A stretch of DNA of 42,635 nucleotides, from the NCBI GenBank assembly GCA_919903055.1, contig CAKKSB010000050.1:1975-44609 (forward strand), given 5' to 3'. Below, one piece after another: positions 17,675-28,435 of this stretch. Position numbers and translations under genes: made by a program. The notes under the pieces are model-generated. The model was not told where the DNA came from. It searched no databases and saw only the letters and a list, made by a program, of their open reading frames with translations. Position 1 is the first letter of the stretch. Each line of letters starts with the position of its first letter. Source of the DNA: Gammaproteobacteria bacterium. GTDB lineage: Bacteria; Pseudomonadota; Gammaproteobacteria; DRLM01.

Positions 17675-17749
17675 TACGGCTCACCGAGTGATAACGTAGC
17701 GACAATGGACCGACGCGGAGGCGCAACACTTCCGCTTCAAGGAAGACCC

Positions 17750-17781
17750 GCCAGCCCCCAGCAATGGGGGCTGGCTTTTTT
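17750..17781 (+). terminator. Rho-independent terminator
   Basis: GCCAGCCCCCA-gcaa-TGGGGGCTGGC followed by TTTTTT. Confidence 0.92.
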
Positions 17782-17845
17782 ATGGTAGTCAAGAGCCCCG
17801 AGTAAGTTTGCCAACCCAGCATTCAAAACCTCCCGAATATCGCGA

Positions 17846-17879
17846 TTGACATGTGTTCGTAACATCCATTTTGTAATGT
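17846..17879 (+). promoter_or_regulatory. PhoB-type promoter upstream of the haemagglutinin gene
   Basis: TTGACAT-GTGT-TCGTAAC, exactly 10 nt, TAATGT (17874-17879). Confidence 0.5.
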
Positions 17880-17949
17880 TGCTTACCTTAAAGTTGAGAT
17901 CCATTTCAACTCGGCGAATTCCCGATCCAAAGTTAACAAGGTCAGTGGC

Positions 17950-20900
17950 ATGATGGTAATCAGGCTGGGCAGAAAAAAACCGCGGCGGCTCCAGTCCGTG
18001 TTGCGTGGCATGCAGGCCTATTGGCGTTTATTGATGCTGGCGGGTGTGGTGTTCGTCTCGGCCGCGCCCGCGCGAGCCGAACTGCCGGTGCCTTGCGGCG
18101 GCGGTTGTGGCGGCAAGGTGTGGGTAGCGTCCGGCAAAGTACAGGCACCGGTGGTGACGGGGAATACCCTGCGCATCACCCAGGAGAGCGACAAGGCCAT
18201 ACTCAATTGGCAGAGTTTCAATGTTGGCGCCGAAAACACCGTCAGTTTCAGTCAACCGTCGAGCAATGCGGTAGCCTTGAACCGTATCTTTCAAAATAAT
18301 CCCAGCCGCATCCTCGGCCGTGTCAGCGCCAACGGCCAGATCTATCTCATCAATAAAAACGGCATCCTCTTCGGCCAGGGCTCGCAGATCAACGCGCACA
18401 GCCTGGTAGCGTCCACGCTGGATATCAGCGACGAGGTGTTCAACGACCTCGGTTTGACTAATGCGATCAATAACAGCGATCCGAATAAAGCGGCGGCATT
18501 TGCCGGCAGCGACGGCGGCGCTGTAATGGTGGAGGCGGGTGCCAAACTCACCAGTGCGGAGGGCGGACGCATTATGATTCTCGCCCCGGCGATTGAAAAC
18601 CGCGGTGATATCCGCACGCCGGGTGGCCAGACAATTTTGGCGGCGAGTCATGACAAGGTCTATCTCGCCAGTTCCGACGACCCCAATCTCCGTGGCCTGC
18701 TGGTCGAGGTCGCGACCGGCGGTGATGTCAGTAATCTCGGCACCATCGTCGCCGAGCGCGGCAGCGTCACCTTGCTCGGCCTCGCCGTTAATCAGAACGG
18801 TGTGGCGCGCGCCACCACCGCGGTCAATCTGAATGGCTCGGTGCGGCTGTTGGCCCGTGATCATGCCGCGTTTAATACGACCAGCGAGGGCATCAGAAAA
18901 CCTTTTGCGACCCGCACAGGTAGTGTGACTCTCGGCACGGGCAGCCTCACCGAAGTCGCACCGCATGATCTCCACGAGACCGCGGCCGATGCGCAGGAAC
19001 AGCCACTTTCCCGGGTCGAGCTGATGGGCCGGCAGGTGGTGCTGACGGCGGGCGCCCGTATTGTAGCCCCGGGCGGCGAGGTCAAGATCACCGCGACCCG
19101 CAATCCGCAGTCACCCGGGCCATCCGCCGCCAATCAGCAAATAAACGACAGCCGGGTGGTGATGGAGACGGGCAGTAGCATCGACGTGGCCGGCCTCGAC
19201 TCGGCGCTGTTGCCCATGGAACGCAATCTCGTCGAGGCCGAGCTGCGCGGTAATGAGCTGCGCGATTCGCCTTTGCAGCGCAATGGACCGCTGCGTAATC
19301 AAAAGGTGGTGGTGGATGTGCGCAAGGCCGAGGGTAAAGGCACGTCGCTTGCCGACCTGAGCGGTAAGATCGCGGCGATCAAGCGCCCGCTGGAAGAACG
19401 CCTGGCCGTCGGTGGAAATGTGTCGATCGTATCGGAAGGCGAGGTGGTCACGCACGCGGATGCGGTCATCGATGTTTCGGGCGGTGCGGTGGGGTACGAG
19501 GGCGGTTATCTCAACACCACCAAGCTCCTGGCGCAAGGTCGACTCTACGACATCGGCGAAGCCGACCCCTCGCTTCCTTACGATGCCGTGTTGTCGGGCA
19601 ACAAATTTATAGTCGAGAATCGCAAATGGGGTACGAAAAAGAATTATGACGCCCCAGGTCTGACCGCGCTGAGTACTTTTGAGCCCGGCTACGTGGAAGG
19701 AAAAGATGCCGGCAGCGTGACCATCAACACCCGCGTCATGGATTTGCATGGCAGCGTCCGCGGTGAGCGCACCTTGGGTGCTTACCAGCGTCTTCCCTCG
19801 ATTCCGCCGCCGGTGGTGTGGGGGCGTCGTTACGATCAAGTGCCGCTCGGCGGCCAATTGATCCTGGGCAGAAAGGACATCACTAAAGAGGATATCGATT
19901 TCGGTCTCACCGATGTGGAGTTGAAATCCTGGCAGGATCTGGGCGTCGTCGGCATGACCCGCGTGCAGGTCTATGCCAACGGACGCATCACGGTGCCCGA
20001 ACAGGCTAATCTCGAGCTGGCGGCCGGGGGCGAATTTTCATTGACGGCGCACCATATCGATCTGCAAGGCCGCATCACCGCGCCGGGCGGCAAGCTCCAG
20101 TTCAATGCAAGACAGACCAAGCTAAAAGAGAGCGAACTTGCCGAATTGACGGTGGGTCCAGCCAGCCGCCTTGATGTGAGTGGACTGTGGATCAACGACA
20201 GCGCGACCCTCCAGCCATCTGTATCGCCGCAAGGTCCGGTATTCATCGACGGCGGATCGGTAAGTCTGCTGGCGGTGGGCGATCTCGCTCTGGCGGCGGG
20301 CAGCCGCATCGACGCCGGCGGCGGTGCCCAACTTCAACGCAACGGCAATCTCAAGGCCGGTAAGGGCGGTGATATTACCCTCGCCGCTAAACCCACTTCC
20401 CTCTCCGAGCCGTCGAGATTACTCATGGACGGCGTAGTCAGCGCCTATGCGCTTGAAACCGGTGGCGGTCTGCATCTCACCGGACCGGGTTTCCGCATCG
20501 GCGGCGACACAGCGGATCTGATCGACGGCACATTATGGCTTGCACCGGACTTCTTCGAGCAGGGCGGTTTCAGCCGCTACGACCTCACCGCCACCCGCAC
20601 CGGCATCGACTTGGCCGCTGGCGAAACGCTCCGCCTGCGCGCTGAAAATCGTCTCCTGCAGTCCGATTTCTGGACCCGGGTGAGCGGCGCCGACATTGAT
20701 GACTTCAGTGGTGTCGGGCTATTACCCGACTATTTGCGGCAGCCGGTCTCGCTCTCGCTCGCCCTCACGCGGGCGAGTTATGTCGACCGGACACCCATCG
20801 TCGAACTGGCGGCGGGTTCCCGCATCGAGGCCGAACCCGGCGCCACGGTGAGCCTGTCCTCCGACACACGGATCGCAGTGAACGGTATGATTTCCGCTCC

Positions 20901-23900
20901 GGCCGGTGAGATCGAACTCAGCGTGCTCGCGCCGACCAACGATACCGATCTTGTGGTCTTCGATCCCACCCAATCCATTTGGCTGGGACCGCAGGGCCAT
21001 TTGCTGGCCGGTGCTTATTTCCAGGCCGTGCCCGATGGTTCGGGACGGAACCTGCGCAGTGGCAAGATGCTGAAAGGGGGCGAAGTCGCCCTCACCGCGA
21101 AACGCGGTTACGTTTTAACTGATACCGGTTCGCTGATCGATGTCTCGGGAGTGTCGGAAACCTTGGATGTCGACATTCAGGGACGCTTCGAGTCCACGCT
21201 GATGAACGGCGCGGCGGGCGCCGTCACTCTCACGGCGGCCGAGGGCATGGTGCTGAACGGCGATCTGCGCGGCGCGGCAGGCAACGGCGCAGGGGCGGCG
21301 GGCGGTAGCCTCGTACTCGCTTTGCAACCCGAGACCCGTACGGGCGCGGCATCGCGCGATATCGTGCTTACCGCGGAGGTGGTGGCCACGCCGGCGGTCG
21401 GCGCGGCGGTGGCGAACGATCTGAATGGCGTGGCGCGGCTTGATCCCGGGAAGGTACGGAGCGGCGGTTTCGACGCCCTCGACGTAATCGCCCGGTCTGC
21501 TAATACCACGGATGCGACGGCAGCCCGCGTTATCGTGGCGGGCGACAGCGGTCTCGACCTCAAACGCAGACTGGTGCTGGATGCGCCCATTTTGGAATCC
21601 AACGGTGGCCGCGCCGAGCTGGGAGCGGCTTACGTTAGAATGGGCATGAGCGAGACTATCGCGCCCGGCAGTGCCACATCCGGCAGCGGCAGTCTGCGTG
21701 TGCACGGCGAGCAAGTGGATATCGTCGGCAAGATGGCTCTGCGCGGTTTCGGTCCCGCCGCGTCCGAGCAAGATGTCGCCGCGACGACGCCGGTACGGAT
21801 TGAAAGCGGAGGCGACATTCGCCTCATCGGCGATTCGTCGCTCATCGGCCGCCTCGACAGTCGGGCGGACATTACCTTGCAGGCCGATCAGGTCTATACC
21901 ACTACCGCGACGGACTACACACTGTCGGTCGCCGGGCCGACCGGCCGGATAATAATAGAGCCGGGCGGGGAAACGGCGGCGTCATTCTCCGCCGGTTCCA
22001 AACTTACGCTCGCGGCCACCGACATCGAACAGCGCGGTACGCTGCGCGCGCCTTTCGGTCAGATCGAACTCGCCGCGACCAACAGCGTGACCCTGGGCGA
22101 AGGCAGTGTCACCTCGGCTTCCGGTGGCGGATTAGTCGTACCTTTCGGTTATACCGAATTCGGCGAAGATTGGCTTTACAAGGTCGGTACCAGCGGCAAG
22201 ATTTACCAGGCGCCGCCGGAGAAGGGCGTGGCAGTGAGCGCGCCGAACCTCACGCTGGCGCCGGGCTCCGTCGTCGACGTGAGCGGCGGTGGCGATCTGT
22301 TGGCGCGCGAATTCTTGCCCGGACCGGGCGGCTCCAAGGACATATTCGCTTCGGTCAACGCCAACGGTGCCTTCGCCGTGGTGCCCGGAGTGAATGCCTT
22401 CGGCAACTACGACCCCCTGCTGTCGGGTAAGGAGATCACGACCGGCGCGACGATCCATTTCGCCGCGGGTGGCCCGCTGCCCGCCGGTGATTATGCAGTG
22501 TTGCCGGCAGGGTATGCTTTGTTGCCCGGCGCCTATCTGGTCACGCCGTTGCAGGCACCGGAAAATCCGCTGCCCGGCGCGACCATGCCGCAATTTGACG
22601 GATCGGTGGTCGTCGCCGCTAAACACGGGATGGCGGGCACGGATATCCGCGACAATCTATGGTCGGCCTTCCGTGTCGAAAACGGCACACAAGTGAGAAA
22701 CCGCGCCGAGTACCTGGAGAGCAGGGCCGATACTTTTTTCGCAGCAGGCGCCGCCAGCGGCGATTCGTTGAACCGCGATGCCGGCCGCTTGGTGTTGGAT
22801 GCCGGCAATACGTTGGTGTTGGGCGGTACGCTGACACGTAATAATGGCGCAGGCCGCGGTTCCGCGGCCGATATCCTCGCCGATCGCTTGGCGGTGGTGA
22901 CCGCGGTCACCGGCGCGAGCGATCGCGTCGAGTTGCTCGCGGCGGATTTGAACAAGTTGGGTGCGGAGAGTCTGCTGCTGGGCGCGCGGCGCGAAGCGGC
23001 GGGCAAGGATAGCAAGCTCGACGTACAGGCGCAGGAAGTGCGGATTACACAGAACGTGCAAGTGACCGCCCCCGAGCTGATATTGGCAGCACGCAACACC
23101 GTGAGCATCGCCGACGGTGCCGCGCTGACGGCGACGGGTAGCAAAGTGGCCGCGCCCGCTTCCGTACTGATCGACGGCGACAGCGCCTACGCCCGGATTT
23201 CCACCGGCGAGCAGGTGCGGGTGCGGCGTGAAGGCGATAGCGGTGCCGCCGGCACCTTCGAACTGGCGGCGGGGGCGCGGCTGGACGCGGCGCGTTCCAT
23301 CACTCTCGACGCCAGTCGCGATACGCGGGTGAATGGCGATGTTCACACCGATAACGGTTCGCTGAGTCTGGCGGCCGCCCGCATCAGTCTCGGCGACACG
23401 GCGGGAGTGAGCGGCGGGCTGCTACTCTCCAATGAAACGCTCGCCCGGCTCAACGCCAGCGATCTCCGTTTCACCAGCCGCGGCACCGTCGATATCTACG
23501 GCGCGCTCGATCTCGACCTCGATCATCTCGAAATCAATGCGGCGGGACTCGCCGGTTATCACAATGTCGGCCAGACTGTGTCGATCGACGCCGACAGCGT
23601 AGTCCTCGCCAACCGTGCCGGCGCGAGCTTTACCGGCGCGCCGGACGGCGGCGGTGCGTTGAATATGTCCGCCCGCGAAGTGACGTTGGGCGAAGGCAAG
23701 TTTGCGCTGCGAGGTTTCACTACCACTAATATCACCGCGACTGAACAAATCATCGCCAGTCCCGAAAGCGACGTTGCCGTTTCCCTGCAAGCGGCGGGCG
23801 ACCTCAATCTGACCGCGTCGCGCCTCACCGCGACGCGGGGCGCCGAAGTGAGTATAGGCACGCAGGTCGCCGACGGAACCGCCGTCGGCAAGCTCACTTT

Positions 23901-26900
23901 AAATGCTTTGGCCGCACCGGTCAGCCTGCCCGCAGTGACTGAACTCGGGGCGCGGCTCGATCTCACCGCCACGCAAATCGAAGACCGCGGCCACATCACG
24001 CTCCCGTCCGGTACGGTGATTTTGCACGCCACCGCCGAGGGTGGTGTCTCGCTGGCCTCGGGAGCGACCATCGACGTCGCTGGCCGTGACCTCTCCTTCG
24101 CCGATCTCGCCGTCGGCTCGCCCGGTGGCGCCGTAGAGTTGATCGCCGATCAGGGCGGCATCGACGTCGACGCCGCGGCACGCATCAATGTCTCCGGCGC
24201 CGCCGCAGGCGGCGATGCCGGTAAATTGAGTCTGCTCGCACCCCAGGGCGCGGTGAACGTGGATTCGTTTGCGCAGCTCGTCGGTGCGGCGAAAGTGGGT
24301 GCCGAGCAGGGACGGTTTGCGATCGACACGCAAATGCTCACCCAAGGATTCTCGTCACTCAACAGCCTGCTTAATGACGGCGGTTTCACCGAAGCGCGTC
24401 AACTGCATTTGCGCCGCGGCGACCTTGCCGTCGCCGCGGCCGACGTGGTGCGTGCGCACGATGTCAACCTGAGCGCGGACGCGGGCAAAATCGACGTGTA
24501 TGGCCGTATTGATGCTTCCGGCGTGAAGGCGGGGCGGGTAAGTCTTTACGCCGCCGATGATCTCACCGTGCACGGCTCAGCCCGCATCGACGCTCACGCC
24601 GCGGCGGCCGGTGAACAAGGCGGCGGGGTGAGGCTGGCGACGGCGAACGGCCGCATCGATATGCAGGCCCCCGATGCCACTATCGATGTTGCAGGTACCG
24701 ATGACGCAGGTGGCCGCGCAGACAACGGCCGCGTGCATATCCGCGCCGCCCGGGACGGCGCCGCCGGTGTCCGGATCGAGCCCATCGCCGCGACCGTCAC
24801 CGGAGCTGATCGAATCAATATCGAGGCTAATCGCGTTTACAGCACCAACGATATCAACGACGCACTCATCGCCGACATTGGCGCCGACACCGCCGCCTTC
24901 ATGGCTAACGCCGGTCAGATTAAAAATGCTCTCGGCGTAGCGGCGGACAGCCGCTTTCATGTCATACCGGGGATCGAAATACAAAGCCCCGCCGCGCTGG
25001 CGGTGAACACGAATTGGGATTTATCGCAGTGGCGTTACGACGGCGACCCCGGCGTGCTGACGTTGCGCGCCGTTGCTGATTTGAATTTCAACGGCAGTCT
25101 AAGCGACGGTGTGACGCTAGACTTTCCCGTGCGGGATTCCACCGATTTATTTCCGGAACGTGAATTGGTGATGACCGGTCCGAGCTGGTCTTATCACTTG
25201 GCGGGCGGCGCCGATATCGGCGCCGCCGACCCGCTCGCGGTAGTGCGGGATACCGGCGATGTCAATCTCGCTGTGGGCGTTAAGCTCCGCACCGGTACTG
25301 GCAGCATCGAATTAGCCGCGGGTCGCGATCTCCGTTTCGCCGATAGCACGGCGGCGATCTACACCACCGGCGAAAACCGCGGTACCGGTGGTGTATCCGC
25401 GGGAGATACCGGTTTTTCCGCCGATGTCATAAAAGAGTTGGTATTCAAGGCGGATTTCCTGGAGAACGGCGGCGATGTCCGTATCGTCGCCGGCAACGAC
25501 ATCCTTGGTGCCGATGGCCATCAATTCATCAATGAATGGTTGACGCGGGTTGGCGGTGATGTGGTGTTACCGGGGATCGGCAGCACATCACTGCCGGCAT
25601 CCTGGGCGATTAATGTCACCAATTTCGCGCAAAACATCGGCGCCTTGGGCGGCGGCGATGTGACGGTGACCGCAGACGGGAATCTTGACAAGCTTTCGGT
25701 GATGATACCAACTACTGCCCAACCGACAAGTGATGCCGCCCATCCCGCTATCGCCGGCGGCGGTGATCTACGCATCGACGCCGGCGGTGATATTAAAGGC
25801 GGCGTATTCTATCTCGGCCAAGGTCATGCCGATATCCGGGCTGGCGGCGCGCTGAGCCATGCCGAGGGTGCGACGGTGAACCCTATTCTCTCTATGAATG
25901 ACGGCCATTATGATGTTCGGGCCGGCAAGGATCTCACCATCGAGACGGTACTCAACCCCACCGTGCTGGCCCAGCGCAATATTCACGGCGATTACATGGA
26001 CACCACCGTTTCATTGGAGCTGGAATCGTATTTCTTCACGTATTCCAACAATAGCGCGGTGCGGCTGGAGTCTCTCGCCGGAGATATCACTTTGCGCGGT
26101 GACAAGGCCGCGCTGGAAAGCGTGTCCGACGTGCTCTACAACACTATTAATCCCTCTGCTAATTACCGTTTGGCGACCCAGGCGATAAATTGGTATCCCG
26201 GCACACTGAGCGCTCGCAGCCTACAGGGAGACATCGCTGTCATCGGCGACAGCGGTCTTACCCTGACATTGGTTCCCGCACCGCGAGGGGATTTGGAACT
26301 GCTGGCCGGCGGTTCCATTACGACGGGTGGAAAAGGCAGCGTCAATCTCGTGTTGTCGGATACCGATGCCCGTTCGCTGCCCGCTATCGCCACCCCCTCA
26401 CTAAGTTTAACGAACACTCTACTGCGGCAGGGTGCGCACGCCCCACTTCCCGTGCACGCCGATGATTCGCAAGCGGTACGCATCGTCGCCCGCGGCGGCA
26501 ACATACAGCCATTGGAAGGCAGCCAGGACACGCTGAGCTTCGTGCTTGGCAAATCGGCGCGGATCAATGCTGGTGGGGATGTGCGGGATATCACGCTCGA
26601 TATTCAGAATATCGGTGAGCGTGATATCTCAACGGTCGAAGCCGGGGGTGATATTCGTTTCTCGATTCAGCGCGATGCCGGCGGCAAGGTGAAGGCCACC
26701 GACGATAATCAATTCAAAATCGAAGGCCCCGGCCAGTTCTTCGCTATTGCCGGTGCAGACGTGGACCTCGGCGCCTCACAAGGTATTTCTTCCGTGGGTA
26801 ACCAGAATAATCCCGCGCTTGCCGATCGTGGTGCCGCCATCAACGTTATCGCGGGCGCCAAGCGTGAGCCGGATTACGCCGGCTTCATTCAGCGCTATTT

Positions 26901-27930
26901 CGCTGATTCAACCGCGTACCGGCAGCGGTTGGCGAACTACCTCGCGCAACGCGGCGCGGTTTCCAGCGGCGTCGACGCCTTTCGTGGTTTGTCTCTGGTC
27001 GAGCAGCGCCAACTGATACTCGAAGTGTTCTTCACCGAACTCCGCGAGTCGGGTGTCGCGGCGGCCAAGAAAGGTGACGGCGATTACAGTCGGGGATTTA
27101 CGGCGATCAAGACATTGTTTCCGGCCGACGACTACCAAGGGGATATCAAGTCTTTCTTGAGCCGCATCTACACGTTGGACGGCAATGACATCTCGCTCTT
27201 GGCGCCGGGCGGGCTGGTCAATGCCGGGGTCGCCAGTTCCGCGGTTATCAATAAAGAGCCGGGCAAGCTCGGTATCGTCGCGCAACGCGACGGCGACATT
27301 CATGGTTTCGTCGCCGACGATTTCCTGGTCAACCAATCGCGGGTCTTCGCCCTCGACGGTGGTGATATCGTGATCTGGTCTTCCACCGGCGACATCGACG
27401 CCGGCCGTGGCGCCAAGACAGCCTTGTCGATACCGACACCAACGAGCACCACCGATGCCAATGGTAATACGGTGGTGGAACTGCCGCCGGCCGTTGCGGG
27501 CAGCGGCATCCGCGGCGCGGTAAGCACGCCCGGCCGCGCGCCGGGCGATGTTTATCTCTTCGCGCCCGCCGGGGTGGTCAACGCCGGCGACGCGGGTATC
27601 GGCTCGGCCGGCAACGTCACCATCGGCGCGGTGCAGGTGATCGGCGCCGACAATATCGACGTGGGCGGCGTGTCGGTGGGTGTGCCCCTAGCGGACACCG
27701 GCAGTTTGACGGCGGGCGCGGAGGGCTAAAGAGATGCGGCGGGGACCGTTACCAAGGACGCCATGGAATCCGCCACCGCGGCGGCTCAGCAGAATACTTC
27801 CTCTACCCCGGTTGCCGATGAAGCCTTGGCATTCCTGCAAGTGGAAGTACTGGGTTTCGGTGAAGAGAAAAAACTTGGAGATAATGTGAACGAAGCAAAG
27901 AATGAAGAGAAAAAGGACGCGAATGAATAA
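17950..27930 (+). CDS. Filamentous haemagglutinin-family TpsA exoprotein with DUF3739-type C-terminus; in-frame TAA at 27727-27729 (ORF as called ends at 27729)
   Basis: Signal peptide, TPS domain (AILNWQSFNVG, NRI, ANGQIYLINKNGILFG), beta-helix-like G..IDVSG repeats, DFLVNQSRVF and WSSTGDIDAGRG. The same frame continues 66 codons past the TAA and contains FLQVEVLGFG. Confidence 0.88.
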
Positions 27931-27972
27931 ATATCAAAGCTCACGATGATCGACGTAAGGTCTAATCCCGTT

Positions 27973-28006
27973 TGCTCACGAATCGGTAACCGGGGCGAAT
28001 TAAAAG
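27973..28006 (+). promoter_or_regulatory. Weaker copy of the PhoB-type box
   Basis: TGCTCAC-GAAT-CGGTAAC, 10 nt, TAAAAG; shares CAC(G/A)AATCGGTAAC with 28314-28327. Confidence 0.4.
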
Positions 28007-28309
28007 ACCCGACAACCAAAACAACATTGGTGCAAGGCTAGGCCGCAAAAACAGTACGAATACGAGTCCCGTCCGGGGGTTTTTTAGTTGCTTACCGCAT
28101 GGGGGCTCGTAGTACGCCGTAAGTTCAGAAAACGGAGCGGTGTGGTTGATGTACCGCGTGTCGGGCAACATGTTCATCGCGCCTTTAAACTCACCACTCC
28201 GGCGTTAACGGTTACCCCTCCTTTTTGAGAGGGGAGTGATGAAAGCAGGTTGATCTTTCCTCACGGAGCAAATACCAGCAATTGCGAAGCACTACCCGAG
28301 GTTTTGGAC

Positions 28310-28343
28310 GATACACAAATCGGTAACATACCCCGTTTAAACT
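28310..28343 (+). promoter_or_regulatory. PhoB-type promoter upstream of the TpsB gene
   Basis: GATACAC-AAAT-CGGTAAC, exactly 10 nt, TAAACT (28338-28343). Confidence 0.5.
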
Positions 28344-28435
28344 CCCTTGCATTGGTGGCAGACTTCGGGGTTCAGAGTCTGGCCGTGTTCGCAAGTCGTC
28401 GCATTCAGCGGAAGGTTCCCGTGTACGGTATTTCT

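Noticed and set aside
18000-27550. Many 60-315 aa antisense and alternate-frame ORFs within tpsA (and within other genes)
   Set aside because: Expected shadow ORFs of GC-rich coding DNA; no motifs or independent expression signals were seen.
27960-28100. c-di-GMP-I riboswitch (GGTTACCGAT on the minus strand)
   Set aside because: The GCAAACC/GAAA and GACGCAAAGC core elements are absent.
28215-28234. CCCCTC-N8-GAGGGG hairpin as a terminator or REP
   Set aside because: Only a 6-bp stem, no following U-tract, and a single copy.
28250-28435. Long N-terminal extension of the TpsB ORF
   Set aside because: It overlaps the predicted promoter; the signal peptide fits a start at 28421-28436.
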